Below, in pieces: positions 30,106 through 42,268 of a DNA stretch of 64,000 nucleotides. Made by a program: the position numbers and the translations under genes. Origin of the DNA: Pseudomonadota bacterium (GTDB taxonomy: Bacteria > Pseudomonadota > Gammaproteobacteria > Pseudomonadales > Pseudohongiellaceae); the NCBI GenBank assembly GCA_040386995.1, contig JAZKES010000036.1:18809-82808 (forward strand), read 5' to 3'. The notes beneath the pieces are model-generated. The model made no database searches, had not been told where the DNA came from, and saw only the letters and a program-made list of their open reading frames with translations. Each line of letters begins with the position of its first letter. Position 1 is the stretch's first letter.

Positions 30106-30791
30106 TACAATTGTTCCACAGGACTTACGCCGAGATCCTGCAATTTAAGTTTCAGCAACACAGGGTTGCCAGTGGTAATCGCGGCCAGCGCGCGTTCATA
30201 AGCAGCTTTGGCTCCCTCACGGTCACCCTGACTTAGCAATGCATCACCTTCGAGTTCCGCATAAACAGCAACAAAGCTGCCTGCGTCTTCTGCCTTCAAC
30301 AAATCGATAGCTGCCTGCGCTTCACCTTTCGCCAATTTGATTTTGGCGAGCCGCAAACGACTGATCAGGAATAATTCTTCATCGGCGGTTTTCAACACGC
30401 CCAACTTTGGATTGTCGATTATCCATTGCAATTCGGTTTCAGCCGCATCCAGGTGATTCAGTTCGGCCTGGAAACGCGCCATGATCAAAGCTGCATATCG
30501 CGTATAAATGCTGCTCTCATATTCCGACTTTAGCTGGCCGTACACATTCTGCACGGCGAGGAGATCATCTTCGGTAACAGCAACACTCATCTTGGCCAGT
30601 GCCATATCCGCAATCTGCTGATACAAATCGGATGCAGCGCCGCTGTTTGCTTCGGAAGATCTTTGCCACTGCTGCACACCAAAAAACAACGCCAGCACTA
30701 TGACGATGCCAGTCAAAAGTGCAGTACCGTTATCGCGCCACCAGCTTTTGAGGGCATCTAATTGTTCATCATCACTTGCGTAGGTTGCCAA
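30105..30791 (-). CDS. yfgM: YfgM-family TPR-like membrane-anchored protein (ancillary SecYEG subunit)
   Basis: N-terminal DDEQLDALKSWWRDNG followed by a single TM segment. Synteny hisS-yfgM-bamB is conserved. Confidence 0.75.
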   Translation of the reverse strand: MATYASDDEQLDALKSWWRDNGTALLTGIVIVLALFFGVQQWQRSSEANSGAASDLYQQIADMALAKMSVAVTEDDLLAVQNVYGQLKSEYESSIYTRYAALIMARFQAELNHLDAAETELQWIIDNPKLGVLKTADEELFLISRLRLAKIKLAKGEAQAAIDLLKAEDAGSFVAVYAELEGDALLSQGDREGAKAAYERALAAITTGNPVLLKLKLQDLGVSPVEQL

Positions 30792-30811
30792 GAAATTAAC
30801 TCCGGAAAAGT

Positions 30812-32089
30812 TCAGTTTAAAAATTTTTGAAGACAGGTTTTTATTTCACTCAAGGGCAGCAGAGTAGCTTCGCCATCGCTGTCCAACGGTTTGAATTTGA
30901 TGAAGTCTTGCGCTTCTTCGCCTTCGAGTATCAAAGCACAGCGCGCACCATGCGCATAGGCTTTTTTAAGCTGGTTATTATATTTGCCACCACCGCAATG
31001 GGTCAAAATTCTGGCCTCGGGGAACGCAGTACGCAGGTCTCTTGCAAGCAATAACGCCTGGGCCTGCAACGCTGCTCCGCCAACCACCGCGAGGTAGATA
31101 TCGACATGTTTTTCAATGCCGGCAGGAAATTGTCCAGTTTCTTCAATCAGCAATAGCAAACGTTCGAGACCCATTGCAAAACCCACCGCAGGTGTTGCAC
31201 TGCCGCCCAGTTGCTGCGTCAAACCATCATAACGGCCGCCAGCACACACGGTACCTTGCGAACCCAGTTTGTCGGTTGTCCATTCGAACACCAGACCATT
31301 GTAATAATCGAGTCCTCTGACAAGAGATGGCACCACTTCATGCGGAATGCCTGCCTGATCAAGTAAGTGACGCAACGCTGCAAACTGCACCTTACTTTCA
31401 GCGCTCAGAAATTCATCAAGCGTCGGCGCGCCCTGTAGTAACGTTCTGGTTTGCGGGTCTTTGCTGTCCAGGATACGCAACACATTGCTATCGAGACGAC
31501 GCTGGCTGTCTTCATCCAATTCGGCGCGCAGCGGCAGCAAGAATTCATGCAGCGCCTTGCCGTAACGCGCGCGATCTTCGGAACTGCCGAGATTATTGAT
31601 TTCCAGTTTCACATATGGAGCAATGCCGAGCTTTTGCCAAAGCTGGGCGGTCAGCAGTATCAGTTCTGCTTCGATGTCCATCCCGCTCATGCCAAAGGCT
31701 TCTACGCCCAGTTGATAGAACTGGCGGTAGCGGCCTTTCTGCGGTCTCTCGTGCCGGTACATAGGTCCGATGTACCAAAGCTTCTGGGTCTGGTTATAGA
31801 GCAGGCCGTGCTGTTCAGCCGCCCTTACACAACACGCGGTACCTTCAGGTCTTAGCGTGAGACTGTCGCCATTGCGGTCGAGGAATGTGTACATTTCCTT
31901 TTCGACGATGTCTGTGACTTCACCAATAGAACGTTTAAACAACTGGGTCTGTTCAAGGACAGGAAAACGAATCTCGCGATACGCGTGACTTGCCAACAAG
32001 GAGCGTGCGCAACTTTCCACATATTGCCAGCGGGGTGTCTCTGCCGGTAATACATCATTCATGCCCCGGATTGCTTGTATCTTGCTCAA
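30812..32089 (-). CDS. hisS: Histidine--tRNA ligase
   Basis: 425 aa. Class II motifs are present (RGMNDVLP, YRHERPQKGRYRQF, GGGRYDGL-like). Confidence 0.95.
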   Translation of the reverse strand: MSKIQAIRGMNDVLPAETPRWQYVESCARSLLASHAYREIRFPVLEQTQLFKRSIGEVTDIVEKEMYTFLDRNGDSLTLRPEGTACCVRAAEQHGLLYNQTQKLWYIGPMYRHERPQKGRYRQFYQLGVEAFGMSGMDIEAELILLTAQLWQKLGIAPYVKLEINNLGSSEDRARYGKALHEFLLPLRAELDEDSQRRLDSNVLRILDSKDPQTRTLLQGAPTLDEFLSAESKVQFAALRHLLDQAGIPHEVVPSLVRGLDYYNGLVFEWTTDKLGSQGTVCAGGRYDGLTQQLGGSATPAVGFAMGLERLLLLIEETGQFPAGIEKHVDIYLAVVGGAALQAQALLLARDLRTAFPEARILTHCGGGKYNNQLKKAYAHGARCALILEGEEAQDFIKFKPLDSDGEATLLPLSEIKTCLQKFLN

Positions 32090-32214
32090 CTTGAATTCCA
32101 GCTTTCTGAAGAGAACCGTGTTACAGGTAACTCAAAATTTATATAGGGTGATTAGTTTGTCAGCCGTTGGATTTTGAACGTTATTGTTTTTGTCTCGGCC
32201 AAAATCGGCACGGC

Positions 32215-33354
32215 CTAGTTATTGAGACCGCGCACTGTGATTATCTGGGGTTCCGCTGCACGTTTTTCCGCAGCCTGTTTCTCCGCCACTTTCAGCCTGA
32301 CCATAGCTTCAAGTTCATCAACGAGGTTTTCGTTGCTGATCTTGTGGCTCGTAACGCCGTTCAGATAAGACATGTTGGCGGGCGTAGCGCCAGTCAGGCC
32401 GACATCTGCAACCATTGCCTCCCCCGGACCATTCACGATACATCCAACTACGGAAACATCGATTGGAGTGGTAATGTCTTCGAGCCTCGCTTCAAGCGCA
32501 TTCACCGTTGCAATGACATCGAAATTCTGGCGCGAGCAACTTGGACACGCAATCAGGTTCACACCTTTCTGCCGCAAACCCAGGCTTTTGAGGATGTCGA
32601 AACCAACTTTGACTTCTTCCACCGGATCAGCTGCAAGTGAAATACGAATCGTATCGCCGATGCCATCCATCAGCAGCAAGCCAAGCCCAACAGAAGACTT
32701 AACCGTTCCAGAACGCAAACCGCCCGCCTCGGTAATACCAAGGTGTAACGGCTGTTCGATCTGGGCTGACAATTTACGGTACGCAGCCACCGTCATAAAA
32801 ACTTCAGAAGCTTTCAGACTGACCTTGAAATTCTGAAAATCATAAGAATCGAGAATATCGATATGGTGCATGGCAGACTCCACCATTGCATCCGCATTCG
32901 GTTCGCCATATTTACGCAGCAAATCTTTACCGAGAGAACCTGCATTCACGCCGATACGCAACGGCACGTTGTGATCGCGGGCAGACTCGATGACTGCTCT
33001 TACGCGATCGTCGCGACCAATATTGCCTGGATTAATGCGCAGACAATCAACACCGTATTCGAGCACTTTGAGTGCAATCTTATAGTCAAAATGTATATCA
33101 GCGATCAAGGGTACCTTGGTACCAGCCCGAATCTGTTTGAATGCTTCAGCTGCGTCCATAGTCGGCACTGAAACACGCACGATATCTACGCCCACCGCTT
33201 CAAGACGCCTGATCTGCGCGAGCGTCGCCTCGACATCACAGGTTTCTGTATTCGTCATGCTCTGCACAGCGATTGGCGAATCACCACCCACGGGTACCGA
33301 GCCCACCATAATGCGGCGGGTTTTACGGCGAACTATGGGTGATTGCATGCGCAT
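32215..33354 (-). CDS. ispG: 4-hydroxy-3-methylbut-2-en-1-yl diphosphate synthase
   Basis: GcpE family with the CPSCSR and GCIVNGPGE Fe-S ligand motifs. Confidence 0.95.
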   Translation of the reverse strand: MRMQSPIVRRKTRRIMVGSVPVGGDSPIAVQSMTNTETCDVEATLAQIRRLEAVGVDIVRVSVPTMDAAEAFKQIRAGTKVPLIADIHFDYKIALKVLEYGVDCLRINPGNIGRDDRVRAVIESARDHNVPLRIGVNAGSLGKDLLRKYGEPNADAMVESAMHHIDILDSYDFQNFKVSLKASEVFMTVAAYRKLSAQIEQPLHLGITEAGGLRSGTVKSSVGLGLLLMDGIGDTIRISLAADPVEEVKVGFDILKSLGLRQKGVNLIACPSCSRQNFDVIATVNALEARLEDITTPIDVSVVGCIVNGPGEAMVADVGLTGATPANMSYLNGVTSHKISNENLVDELEAMVRLKVAEKQAAEKRAAEPQIITVRGLNN

Positions 33355-34628
33355 CAGGGATTCACACTTTGAGATGTTGAAGTAGATGTCGGCAAAACGT
33401 CAGCAACGCCCAACGAAAAACGCGCAGTTTTGTCGCTTCTTATTTGCGAAGCCAGATTGATCGGTACTGAATTGAAAGATAATTCGACCTGGGCGGCATC
33501 TCCGAGCAGCACCTTGAATGGCGCTGTTCCATGCAGGGTCATAGCGTCTCCGCTATTCAAGGTTTCGTTATATAAACGGCCTTTTGCACCATCATCGATT
33601 TCTACCCAGCTGGAACCTTTGAAATATAGTTGAAGCATATCTGCTCCATCGCTTATCAGGGTTACTTGTCTTGCACCTTCGGCAGTAGGAGTAATGGTCA
33701 ACGCAACGTTTCCTTCCGGCGTAGCAACCAGACTCGCCTCAGTTGCTGAAGCAGGCTGCACTGAAGGATTGATGGTTTCTGCAACTGCAGCTTGTGGAAT
33801 CTCGGCGCCAGTCAACGCAACGGCAATCGGTTGCTCAATGCTCGCCACGGCGTTCAAAGTTGTCACCGAAGTAGAATCTGTAACGGTCATATCAGTTGAC
33901 GTTGCAGATACAGAGGTTGGCGTAAAACCGGTTGTATTCGCGGGCGCCTGTAAACCGGTCACCGACAACCCTTGTTGGGTCGCAGCACCCACTGTACCGG
34001 CAGGTTGAGTTACAGCACTCGTAGTACCACCTGACATAACTGGGGTCACAGACGGAAATGCTGTTGAAGCTGTATTGGTGACCTGCGCAGCGCTAGTCTG
34101 GACTGGCGCCCTGACAGTTGTTGGATTGTTCGCAGGACTTCTTGCTTCCGGTTGCGACACATTTTGTTGAGTATCGGTGAGAGCCGCCGTCACTGCCTGA
34201 TCTTTACCAACAAACCACCATCCCGCCGCCACACCGATCACAACGATGACTGCGGTTACAACCGCCCAGCGAAAAGTCTGGTCATGTCTTCTCTGGTTGC
34301 GCGATGACAGTTGCGTTCTATTGCTCAACTCTTCGGCGCTGGCATTATTTTTTTCATATATTGCTAGTACTGCATTCACATCAAGTTTCAGATAGCGGGC
34401 ATAAGCACGCAGGTAACCCTTGATAAAAGTCGCACCTGGTAACTTGCCGTAGTCATCGTTTTCCAGGGCTTTGATGTAATGAACTGTAAGATGCAAGGCT
34501 TCACCAACGGCCACATGGGTAAGATTCGCACTTTCCCGGGCCTTTTTGAGCATCATGCCTGCTGTATCGTGCGGTCGCTCCGGCGGCTTGCTGGCCTGCT
34601 CGGGAGTTGGTTGATCGGAATTATTCAT
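33354..34628 (-). CDS. rodZ: Cytoskeleton protein RodZ
   Basis: An N-terminal HTH (XRE-like), a single TM segment, a Thr/Ala/Val-rich linker, and a C-terminal DUF4115-like domain. Synteny with ispG and pilW is conserved. Confidence 0.8.
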   Translation of the reverse strand: MNNSDQPTPEQASKPPERPHDTAGMMLKKARESANLTHVAVGEALHLTVHYIKALENDDYGKLPGATFIKGYLRAYARYLKLDVNAVLAIYEKNNASAEELSNRTQLSSRNQRRHDQTFRWAVVTAVIVVIGVAAGWWFVGKDQAVTAALTDTQQNVSQPEARSPANNPTTVRAPVQTSAAQVTNTASTAFPSVTPVMSGGTTSAVTQPAGTVGAATQQGLSVTGLQAPANTTGFTPTSVSATSTDMTVTDSTSVTTLNAVASIEQPIAVALTGAEIPQAAVAETINPSVQPASATEASLVATPEGNVALTITPTAEGARQVTLISDGADMLQLYFKGSSWVEIDDGAKGRLYNETLNSGDAMTLHGTAPFKVLLGDAAQVELSFNSVPINLASQIRSDKTARFSLGVADVLPTSTSTSQSVNP

Positions 34629-35466
34629 CAGTTAAAGTTTCCAGTAATTGCTGGTACAGCTGATTCTCGTCTGAAGCACTGAAATTAGTCTCCAGCTGCT
34701 CCCCATATTCTGTGATGTTGTCGCTATTGCCCAACGCATTTTCCAGTTGTATTCCTATCCAGAGACTGCGGGCGTTATGTGCCACCCTATAGAACTGCTG
34801 TAAGGCTAAATAGTTCCTGTAAAACGCACGCGCTTGCAGCACATCGTTCTTTTTCAGGTTGAGATCAGCAAGCTCCAGGCTTGAGCGAATCTGTTGGTCA
34901 TTTAGTTGCAAGGCCCTGCCGAATGCAGCTTCCGCGTCCACCGGCCGATTTAATCGCAGCGCAGCAAAGCCTAAATTCTCAAACGCCTGCGAGCGGTTCG
35001 GATACTCGACATCCTGCACCACTCTTTCTAACTGATCGTACGCGTCTTCAAGACGGTTGTTGGCAAACAAAAACGCAGCATAATTATTGCGCGCTTTTGA
35101 ATTGTCGGGATTTATCCGTAACGAATGCTCAAAGTTCTCTTCTGCGAGTTTAGCTTCACCTTCGCGTGAATAAACCAGAGCCCAAATGGCATAAATATCG
35201 CTGTTGTTGCCATCGATTGAACTGGCATTGCCGAGGTGGCGTTTGGTGTTTGCAAGATCACCCTGCTCAAGGTAAACAGTTGCAGCCTGTATGTAGTTCT
35301 CGAGCGCAACACTGTCTGAGCGCTCAGCATTAAAGCCACCCGTTGTTTCCGTAACACATGACACCAATAACAACGGTGACATTAACAATATAGCGAATTG
35401 CGCAGTACGCAAAACGGCCTGGATGTTGAAGAAGTATTGTTGTCCTGAACGCATTGAATGTTGCAT
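34621..35466 (-). CDS. pilW: Type IV pilus biogenesis/stability TPR lipoprotein PilW
   Basis: Lipobox LLVSC and TPR repeats. Its position between rlmN and rodZ is conserved. Confidence 0.75.
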   Translation of the reverse strand: MQHSMRSGQQYFFNIQAVLRTAQFAILLMSPLLLVSCVTETTGGFNAERSDSVALENYIQAATVYLEQGDLANTKRHLGNASSIDGNNSDIYAIWALVYSREGEAKLAEENFEHSLRINPDNSKARNNYAAFLFANNRLEDAYDQLERVVQDVEYPNRSQAFENLGFAALRLNRPVDAEAAFGRALQLNDQQIRSSLELADLNLKKNDVLQARAFYRNYLALQQFYRVAHNARSLWIGIQLENALGNSDNITEYGEQLETNFSASDENQLYQQLLETLTDE

Positions 35467-35523
35467 GGGGCGTCTATGCCAATGATGAGTAGCTTGAATG
35501 CGTATATTGTGGCTTTTTATAGT

Positions 35524-36654
35524 TCACTGAAGAGTCAGAATTTGAGTTTGCTCAGCTATTTCACGCTGAGCCAGATATCTGGCATTTCTGCGGGTACGAT
35601 CATCAACCTGGCCAACAAGCTGGCCACATGCTGCGCCAATCTCATCTCCGCGAGTCGTACGAATTGTTACGGTGTAGCCTGCATCCTGCAATATTTTTCT
35701 GAAGGTACTGATAGCCGTATTTGATGACCGATTGTATTCCGATCCGTCAAAAGGATTGAACGGAATCAGATTGATCTTGCAAGGCAGCGTACGTAACAGG
35801 TCCGCTAGTTCCCTCGCATGCTGGCGATGATCATTTACGCCGGATATCAGAATATATTCGATAGTTGCCACTCTGCTGTCAGGGAGTGAGTCCAGATACT
35901 CCTTGGTACTTTCAAGCAATTCCTTGATCGGATATTTACGGTTTATCGGGACAATCTGGTTACGCAATTCATCGTTTGGTGCATGCAAGGAGATTGCCAG
36001 TGAGGCATCGGTGTATTCACGCAGACGCCTGATGGCTGGTACCACGCCGGAAGTACTGATTGTGACTCGACGCTTGGATAAGCCATAACAATTGTCTTCC
36101 ATCATCAGGCCGATGGCGTTTATGACGTTGTCGAAATTCAACAGTGGCTCACCCATTCCCATCATCACGACATTCGTGACGGGGCGCGCCTGTGGACTGT
36201 CGAAGCCGCCCAGTAATTTATTAGCCTGCCATAATTGGCCAATTATCTCGGCGGTAGTCAGGTCACTGTTGAAACCCTGTTTACCGGTAGCACAAAAGCT
36301 ACAGTCAAGACTGCAGCCAGCCTGAGAAGATATACAAAGGGTGCCGCGACCAGCCTCAGGAATGTATACCATCTCCACACTGCTGCCGCTGGTAACTTCC
36401 ACTATCCATTTGTAGCAGCCATCTTTCGCGTCGAAACTCGCCTTGATTACAGGTGGCCGAATCTCGGTTTCAGCCTTGAGCTTTTCGCGCAGCGCTTTAC
36501 TGATATTTGTCATGGCGTCGAAATCCGTTACTCCATGCTGATGAATCCATTTCAGCAATTGCAGGGCACGAAATGGTTTCTCACCAAACTCCAGGAGTTT
36601 GGCTTCCATTTGCGCCTTGCTTAAACCAAGTAAGTTGGTCGGATTGTTAGCCAT
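35524..36654 (-). CDS. rlmN: 23S rRNA/tRNA (adenine2503-C2) methyltransferase, radical SAM
   Basis: [11 protein letters not shown] radical-SAM cluster motif. The length and the C-terminal Cys (GAACGQL) fit RlmN. Confidence 0.95.
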   Translation of the reverse strand: MANNPTNLLGLSKAQMEAKLLEFGEKPFRALQLLKWIHQHGVTDFDAMTNISKALREKLKAETEIRPPVIKASFDAKDGCYKWIVEVTSGSSVEMVYIPEAGRGTLCISSQAGCSLDCSFCATGKQGFNSDLTTAEIIGQLWQANKLLGGFDSPQARPVTNVVMMGMGEPLLNFDNVINAIGLMMEDNCYGLSKRRVTISTSGVVPAIRRLREYTDASLAISLHAPNDELRNQIVPINRKYPIKELLESTKEYLDSLPDSRVATIEYILISGVNDHRQHARELADLLRTLPCKINLIPFNPFDGSEYNRSSNTAISTFRKILQDAGYTVTIRTTRGDEIGAACGQLVGQVDDRTRRNARYLAQREIAEQTQILTLQ

Positions 36655-36659
36655 GATGA

Positions 36660-37091
36660 TCAGATTTTACGGGGACAGACTTCGTCGGCTTTAAAAAAAT
36701 AAGCAATTTCACGCTCGGCAGAAGCAGTCGAATCAGAGCCATGTACTGCGTTGGCGTCAATCGACTTGGCAAAATCTGCGCGGATAGTGCCGGGGGCTGC
36801 TTGTGCAGGATTGGTTGCGCCCATCAGTTCACGATTTTTGGCAATTGCATTTTCACCTTCAAGAACCTGTACTACTACGGGTCCTGAAGTCATGAATTCC
36901 ACCAGATCCTTGAAGAATCCACGTGCCTTGTGTTCGGCGTAAAAACCGCCAGCCGTTTCGTCGGTCAACTGCACCATTCTACAGGCCACGACTTTCAGAC
37001 CACCGTCCTCAAAACGGCTAATGATCTTGCCGATGACGTTTTTGGCAACTGCATCGGGTTTAATAATTGATAAAGTACGTTCTACTGCCAT
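36660..37091 (-). CDS. ndk: Nucleoside-diphosphate kinase
   Basis: 143 aa. [15 protein letters not shown] at the N-terminus and the NAVHGSDS active-site His. Confidence 0.97.
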   Translation of the reverse strand: MAVERTLSIIKPDAVAKNVIGKIISRFEDGGLKVVACRMVQLTDETAGGFYAEHKARGFFKDLVEFMTSGPVVVQVLEGENAIAKNRELMGATNPAQAAPGTIRADFAKSIDANAVHGSDSTASAEREIAYFFKADEVCPRKI

Positions 37092-37198
37092 GCAAGACTC
37101 CAGCTGTAACGAAAAAAAACAGGTCGCGCATTGTACGCAGATTTATGGTTATTTTATAGCCTCAAGTTATAGTCTCAATGGCCACAAAATGAAGGAAA

Positions 37199-37537
37199 TC
37201 AGTGGTTTTCGGACACCATGTTGATGGTATATCGAGGAATTTCAATAACAAGATCGGTGTCGGCCACAATTGCCTGACAACTCAGCCGCGAATCGGCTTC
37301 CAGTCCCCAGGCTTTATCCAGATAGTCATCTTCCAGCTCATCGGAGGGCTCAAGCGACCCAAAACCCTCCCGGACGATGACATGGCAAGTGGTGCACGCA
37401 CAGGATTTTTCGCAGGCGTGTTGTATTTCAACACCATTGCGCAGTGCCGCATCAAGAATACTTTCGCCCGTTTCGGCCTCGATTACCTTGCCATCGGGGC
37501 AATGCTCGGCGTTAGGCAGGAAAATGATTTGTGGCAT
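37199..37537 (-). CDS. fdx: ISC-system 2Fe-2S ferredoxin
   Basis: 112 aa. CEKSCACTTCH plus a later Cys ligand. It lies directly after hscA. Confidence 0.95.
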   Translation of the reverse strand: MPQIIFLPNAEHCPDGKVIEAETGESILDAALRNGVEIQHACEKSCACTTCHVIVREGFGSLEPSDELEDDYLDKAWGLEADSRLSCQAIVADTDLVIEIPRYTINMVSENH

Positions 37538-39441
37538 TACTTGCTGGTCCCCTGTTGCGTAAATTTATCGAGCTCTGCCAGGGTATGTCCTTGCAAGGCG
37601 TTTTTGATCTGAAGATCCATTCTGCGCGTGGCAAAATCACCGCTTAGTGAATTAAGAGATTGCGTCAGCTGGTCAATTTTTCTTGCGTCTTCTCCGGAAA
37701 TAGCCTCGCGCAGGGAAATTATGCTCTGTTCGAGCTCATGGCGTTCTTCAGCGATAAGCAAGGTCTCGCCATCCTGCTGCAGAGCGGCTTCCAGTGCCTC
37801 AATGTGGCGCAAGGCCTCTACCTGCTTTTCCCTCAGGTTGCGCAATTCCTTGTCTGCAGCGGCGGAAGCATAAGAGTCGGTGAGCATGGTGGCGATATCC
37901 TGCTCTTGTAGTCCGAAGGAAGGTTTGATGACCACAGTTGTATTAACGCCGGTAGCAAGTTCTTGCGCCTTGACCTCAAGCAAGCCATCGGCATCTACCT
38001 GAAACGTAACCCTTATGCGCGCCGCGCCAGCAACCATCGGTGGAATACCCTTCAGTTCGAAACGCGCGAGTGAACGGCAGTCGCTGATTAGTTCTCGCTC
38101 GCCTTGCAAGACATGTAACAACATTGCCGTCTGCCCATCTTTATAAGTCGTAAATTCCTGCGCTCTCGCAGTGGGAATGGTGGAGTTACGAGGGATAATT
38201 TTTTCCATCAAGCCACCCATGGTCTCTATACCGAGCGACAGCGGAATCACATCAAGCAGCAACATGTCATCGCCGTATTTATTGCCGACCAGAACATCTG
38301 CCTGCAGCGCCGCACCTAAAGCCACTACTTGATCCGGATCTATACTTGTTAGCAAATCTTTCTGGAAAAATGTCGACACTTTTTCCCGGACTCTCGGGGA
38401 CCGTGTTGCGCCGCCAACCATGACGACTTCAGAAATATCACTTGCATCCACCTTTGCATCACGCAACACGCGGCGACATGCTCTGATCGTTTCATCGATA
38501 AGTCCGTCTACGAGTCCGTAGTAGGTTTCGCGAGTTAATATTCCGCTCCAGTTTCTAAACTGTACTTCAGTAGAAACCGACTCTGTAAGATTGTGTTTGA
38601 GCTCACGCGCAAGCGACATCAGTTGCTGGTAATCGGGGGTGGACAACGCGCTCGTTACAGTCGCTTCCTTAAGCACCCAGTTCGCGATGGCACGGTCAAA
38701 ATCATCACCGCCCAGAGCAGCATTGCCACCCGTTGCCAATACTTCGAACACGCCTTTTTCAAGCTTCATCAGCGAGACATCAAACGTGCCGCCACCAAGA
38801 TCGTAAATAATTACGGTGCCCTGCAATTTTTTGTCGAGACCGTATGCAACAGCCGCCGCAGTCGGTTCGCTTAACAAGCGTAATACGTTGAGCCCAGCCA
38901 GTGTTGCAGCGTCTCTGGTTGCCTGGCGTTGAGCTTCATCAAAATAAGCGGGCACTGTGATGACGACGCCATCCAGTTCGCCACCGAGAGCTTCAGAGCC
39001 ACGTGCGGCCAGTATTTTAAGGATTTCCGCAGACACCTGAACCGGAGATACTGGGCCAGACGGCGTAATGATACGGGGCATTCCACCATCAGGAGACTCC
39101 TGAAGCTGGTAAGGCAGTTGGTAAGAAATATCGCTGCTTCCCCGCCCCATCAGGCGCTTGACGGAAGATATCGAGACAGGGGAAACCAAAGTCTGGGTAT
39201 TTGATACGTTAGCATCGCTTTGCGTCGGAGCACCAACTTTTAGCGTATTTTCCGGGAAATAATGCACAATCGAAGGTAGTAGATAATTTCCGTCGTCACC
39301 CGCAAGCGTACTTGCTTCCCCTTCCCTGGCCACAGCGACAAGCGAATTGGTGGTGCCGAGATCAATCCCGACGGCGCGTTTACGGCCAGGCTTGGTGCGA
39401 TGCTTGCTTTGGCCGGGTTCGGCTATGGTAAAAAGTGCCAT
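37537..39441 (-). CDS. hscA: Fe-S protein assembly chaperone HscA (Hsp70 family)
   Basis: 634 aa Hsp70-like protein (GIDLGTTNS, DLGGGTFD) in isc operon context. Confidence 0.95.
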   Translation of the reverse strand: MALFTIAEPGQSKHRTKPGRKRAVGIDLGTTNSLVAVAREGEASTLAGDDGNYLLPSIVHYFPENTLKVGAPTQSDANVSNTQTLVSPVSISSVKRLMGRGSSDISYQLPYQLQESPDGGMPRIITPSGPVSPVQVSAEILKILAARGSEALGGELDGVVITVPAYFDEAQRQATRDAATLAGLNVLRLLSEPTAAAVAYGLDKKLQGTVIIYDLGGGTFDVSLMKLEKGVFEVLATGGNAALGGDDFDRAIANWVLKEATVTSALSTPDYQQLMSLARELKHNLTESVSTEVQFRNWSGILTRETYYGLVDGLIDETIRACRRVLRDAKVDASDISEVVMVGGATRSPRVREKVSTFFQKDLLTSIDPDQVVALGAALQADVLVGNKYGDDMLLLDVIPLSLGIETMGGLMEKIIPRNSTIPTARAQEFTTYKDGQTAMLLHVLQGERELISDCRSLARFELKGIPPMVAGAARIRVTFQVDADGLLEVKAQELATGVNTTVVIKPSFGLQEQDIATMLTDSYASAAADKELRNLREKQVEALRHIEALEAALQQDGETLLIAEERHELEQSIISLREAISGEDARKIDQLTQSLNSLSGDFATRRMDLQIKNALQGHTLAELDKFTQQGTSK

Positions 39442-39536
39442 CGGAGTAATACTTTGAATAATATCTATTTATGAGACCGGTAATTTCTGCTGTCGAACAA
39501 GCTTGAATTTCAACCGGCTACTGAAATTTTCACAGG

Positions 39537-40064
39537 TTAATAGTCGAGCAATTTGTCTTCTGCTTCTCTTATTTCATCAATCAGTTTGTGCAAGAACTGC
39601 AACTCACGAAAAGTAAGATAAGCTGCCGGATAGTTGCCACTCGAAATTTGCGCAGAAAACCCGCTCCATATATTCGCCAGCTGTTTTTCAACCCTTTGTT
39701 GCAAGGCTTCCAAAGCTTGTGGTTCGGCTTGCTGTTGCAACTCTTCAAGCTCTTCACGAAGTCTCAATTGCGCCAGTAAAAAACCCTTATCGAGTTCAGA
39801 CTGATCATAGACACTTGTGTCGATGCCTTTAACCTGAAGCAGATGTTCAGCCCGCCGCAAGGGAGATTTCAGCGTTGCATACGCGTCGTTGATCATGCTG
39901 GCTTGCTGTATGGCGGCGAGCTTGCTGCTGCCATCAGAATTCACGTGGCGATCAGGATGCAGCTGTACCTGAAGTTGCTTGTATTTTTGTTCCAGCAGTT
40001 CTTTATCCACTTCGCTGGACAGCGGCAAGTCGAACAGAGAGAAAAAATTATGACTGCTGTTCAC
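39537..40064 (-). CDS. hscB: Fe-S assembly co-chaperone HscB
   Basis: J-domain with HPD (QLHPDRH), 175 aa, in isc operon context. Confidence 0.95.
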   Translation of the reverse strand: MNSSHNFFSLFDLPLSSEVDKELLEQKYKQLQVQLHPDRHVNSDGSSKLAAIQQASMINDAYATLKSPLRRAEHLLQVKGIDTSVYDQSELDKGFLLAQLRLREELEELQQQAEPQALEALQQRVEKQLANIWSGFSAQISSGNYPAAYLTFRELQFLHKLIDEIREAEDKLLDY

Positions 40065-40108
40065 TTAAAGCTACTGCCTGAATTCTGCGAAGGGCTATTG
40101 TTAAAACG

Positions 40109-40432
40109 CTAGACTGTGAAGCTTTCGCCACAGCCACATTCGCCTTTCACGTTGGGATTGCGAAATTCGAAGCCTTCATTGATACCGGTTTTGACAAAAT
40201 CCATTTCAGTGCCATCCAGATAAACCAGACTCTTCGGATCTACTACGATCCTGACACCATGGTCTTCAAAAACAGCATCGTTCGCGGTGGGCTCGTCGAC
40301 AAACTCCAGAACATACGCCATGCCGGAACAACCAGTTGTGGTAACACCGATACGGATGCCAACACCCTTGCCGCGATTCGCCAATTGCGACGCTACATGT
40401 TTGGCTGCGGTTTCTGTCAAAGTAACTGCCAT
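40109..40432 (-). CDS. iscA: Iron-sulfur cluster assembly protein IscA
   Basis: 107 aa with the C-terminal CGCGESF motif. Confidence 0.95.
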   Translation of the reverse strand: MAVTLTETAAKHVASQLANRGKGVGIRIGVTTTGCSGMAYVLEFVDEPTANDAVFEDHGVRIVVDPKSLVYLDGTEMDFVKTGINEGFEFRNPNVKGECGCGESFTV

Positions 40433-40519
40433 GACTATGATCTCTTTATGCTAAATAACTTCTACTGAACAACTTGCGCTAAATAACTATTTCAAAATTT
40501 ACTGATGAGACTTGCGTAA

Positions 40520-40906
40520 TCAGGCAAGACCACGCTTTTGTTTCACATCGGCAATCGCTGCCTTGATGGCATCTTCCGCCAATACAGAGCAGTGGATTTT
40601 TACCGGGGGCAAACCAAGTTCCTGTGCAATTTCCGTGTTACGAATTTTGCCTGCCTCGTCAATTGTTCGGCCTTTAACCCACTCTGTGAGCAGCGAACTT
40701 GAAGCAATAGCCGAACCACAGCCATAAGTTTTGAACTTGGCGTCTTCAATCACACCTTCGGCATTTACCTTGATCTGCAGACGCATGACGTCACCGCAAG
40801 CAGGAGCCCCTACCATGCCAGTTCCCACGTTGTCGTCTTTATCATCGAGCTTGCCGACATTGCGTGGATTCTCGTAATGATCCAGAACCTTAGTTGAATA
40901 TGCCAT
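40520..40906 (-). CDS. iscU: Fe-S cluster scaffold IscU
   Basis: 128 aa with GAPACGDVM, YGCGSAIASSS and LPPVKIHCS motifs. Confidence 0.97.
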   Translation of the reverse strand: MAYSTKVLDHYENPRNVGKLDDKDDNVGTGMVGAPACGDVMRLQIKVNAEGVIEDAKFKTYGCGSAIASSSLLTEWVKGRTIDEAGKIRNTEIAQELGLPPVKIHCSVLAEDAIKAAIADVKQKRGLA

Positions 40907-40965
40907 TGCTGTAACCTCTATAAACTAAATTATGTTGCGCTTGCCGAAATTCAAGGACAGTTGAA

Positions 40966-42177
40966 TTAATGCGCGGCCCATTTCACCTGGCTCATGTCTA
41001 CTCCGTCCTTGTACATATCCCAGAGCGGTGACAATTCGCGCAGCTTACTTACTGCGTCCCGAATTTTTCCGATCGCATAATCGATATCAGCTTCAGTTGT
41101 AAAACGTCCGATCGTAAATCGCAGTGAGCTGTGCGCCAGTTCGTCATTCAGACCCAATGCTCTTAATACATAGGAAGGTTCGAGGCTGGCTGAAGTACAA
41201 GCAGATCCGGATGAAACCGCCAGATCCTTGAGTGCCATAATCAGCGACTCACCTTCCACAAAATTGAAACTGACGTTCAGGTTGCCTGCAATGCGATGTG
41301 CAAGGTCCCCGTTCACATATACTTCTTCCATGTCTGACAAACCTTTCAGCAAGCGATCCCGCAGTGCTTTTATGCGCACAGTTTCGGTGTGCATTTCTGC
41401 CTTTGCGATGCGGAACGCTTCACCCATGCCTGCAATCTGATGCGTCGCCAATGTGCCGGAACGCATGCCACGTTCATGACCACCACCGTGCATCTGGGCT
41501 TCGAGACGAACGCGCGGTTTACGTCGTACATACAAGGCGCCAATACCTTTGGGACCATAGGTTTTATGTGCAGAAAATGACATCAAATCAACTTGCATGT
41601 CTTCCACATCGATATCCACTTTGCCCGTGCTCTGTGCAGCATCGACATGTAGCAACACTTTATGTGCGCGCGTGACTGCACCAATTGCCTTGATGTCGTT
41701 AATCACACCAATCTCATTGTTAACGTGCATGATCGAAACCAGAATCGTATCCGGACGAATTGCTGCAGCGACCGCTTCCGGTTGGATCAAACCTTTTACA
41801 TCAGGATCCAGATAAGTTACTTCAAAACCTTCACGCTCAAGCTGCCTGCAGCTATCAAGCACTGCCTTGTGCTCGATCTTCGATGTGATGATGTGTTTGC
41901 CGCGCGTCTGATAAAAATGCGCAGCACCTTTGATAGCGAGGTTATCCGATTCAGTCGCGCCTGACGTCCAGACGATCTCGCGTGGATCGGCATTTATAAG
42001 TTCTGCAACATACTGACGCGCCTGCTCGACTGCGGCTTCTGCCTTCCAGCCAAATACATGGGAGCGCGACGCAGGGTTGCCGAAATTGCCCTCGAGTGTC
42101 AGGCAGTCGGTCATTACTTTCAGCACACGTGGATCAACAGGTGTGGTTGCTGAATAATCAAAATAAATCGGTAACAT
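40966..42177 (-). CDS. iscS: Cysteine desulfurase IscS
   Basis: 403 aa. PLP Lys in [10 protein letters not shown] and the active-site loop SSGSACTS. Confidence 0.97.
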   Translation of the reverse strand: MLPIYFDYSATTPVDPRVLKVMTDCLTLEGNFGNPASRSHVFGWKAEAAVEQARQYVAELINADPREIVWTSGATESDNLAIKGAAHFYQTRGKHIITSKIEHKAVLDSCRQLEREGFEVTYLDPDVKGLIQPEAVAAAIRPDTILVSIMHVNNEIGVINDIKAIGAVTRAHKVLLHVDAAQSTGKVDIDVEDMQVDLMSFSAHKTYGPKGIGALYVRRKPRVRLEAQMHGGGHERGMRSGTLATHQIAGMGEAFRIAKAEMHTETVRIKALRDRLLKGLSDMEEVYVNGDLAHRIAGNLNVSFNFVEGESLIMALKDLAVSSGSACTSASLEPSYVLRALGLNDELAHSSLRFTIGRFTTEADIDYAIGKIRDAVSKLRELSPLWDMYKDGVDMSQVKWAAH

Positions 42178-42268
42178 CTGGTACTCCGGAATTCTGTTGT
42201 TGCTACTGCTGAATGAATTTCACCTTGCAATGACAATCAACGTGTCATGTTTATCAAACTAATTTCCT

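Noticed and set aside
37092-37198. Possible missing iscX after fdx (and no cysE before iscR) as a sign of rearrangement
   Set aside because: The 107-bp spacer has no ORF remnant that I can see. Absence of these genes is common lineage variation in isc loci.
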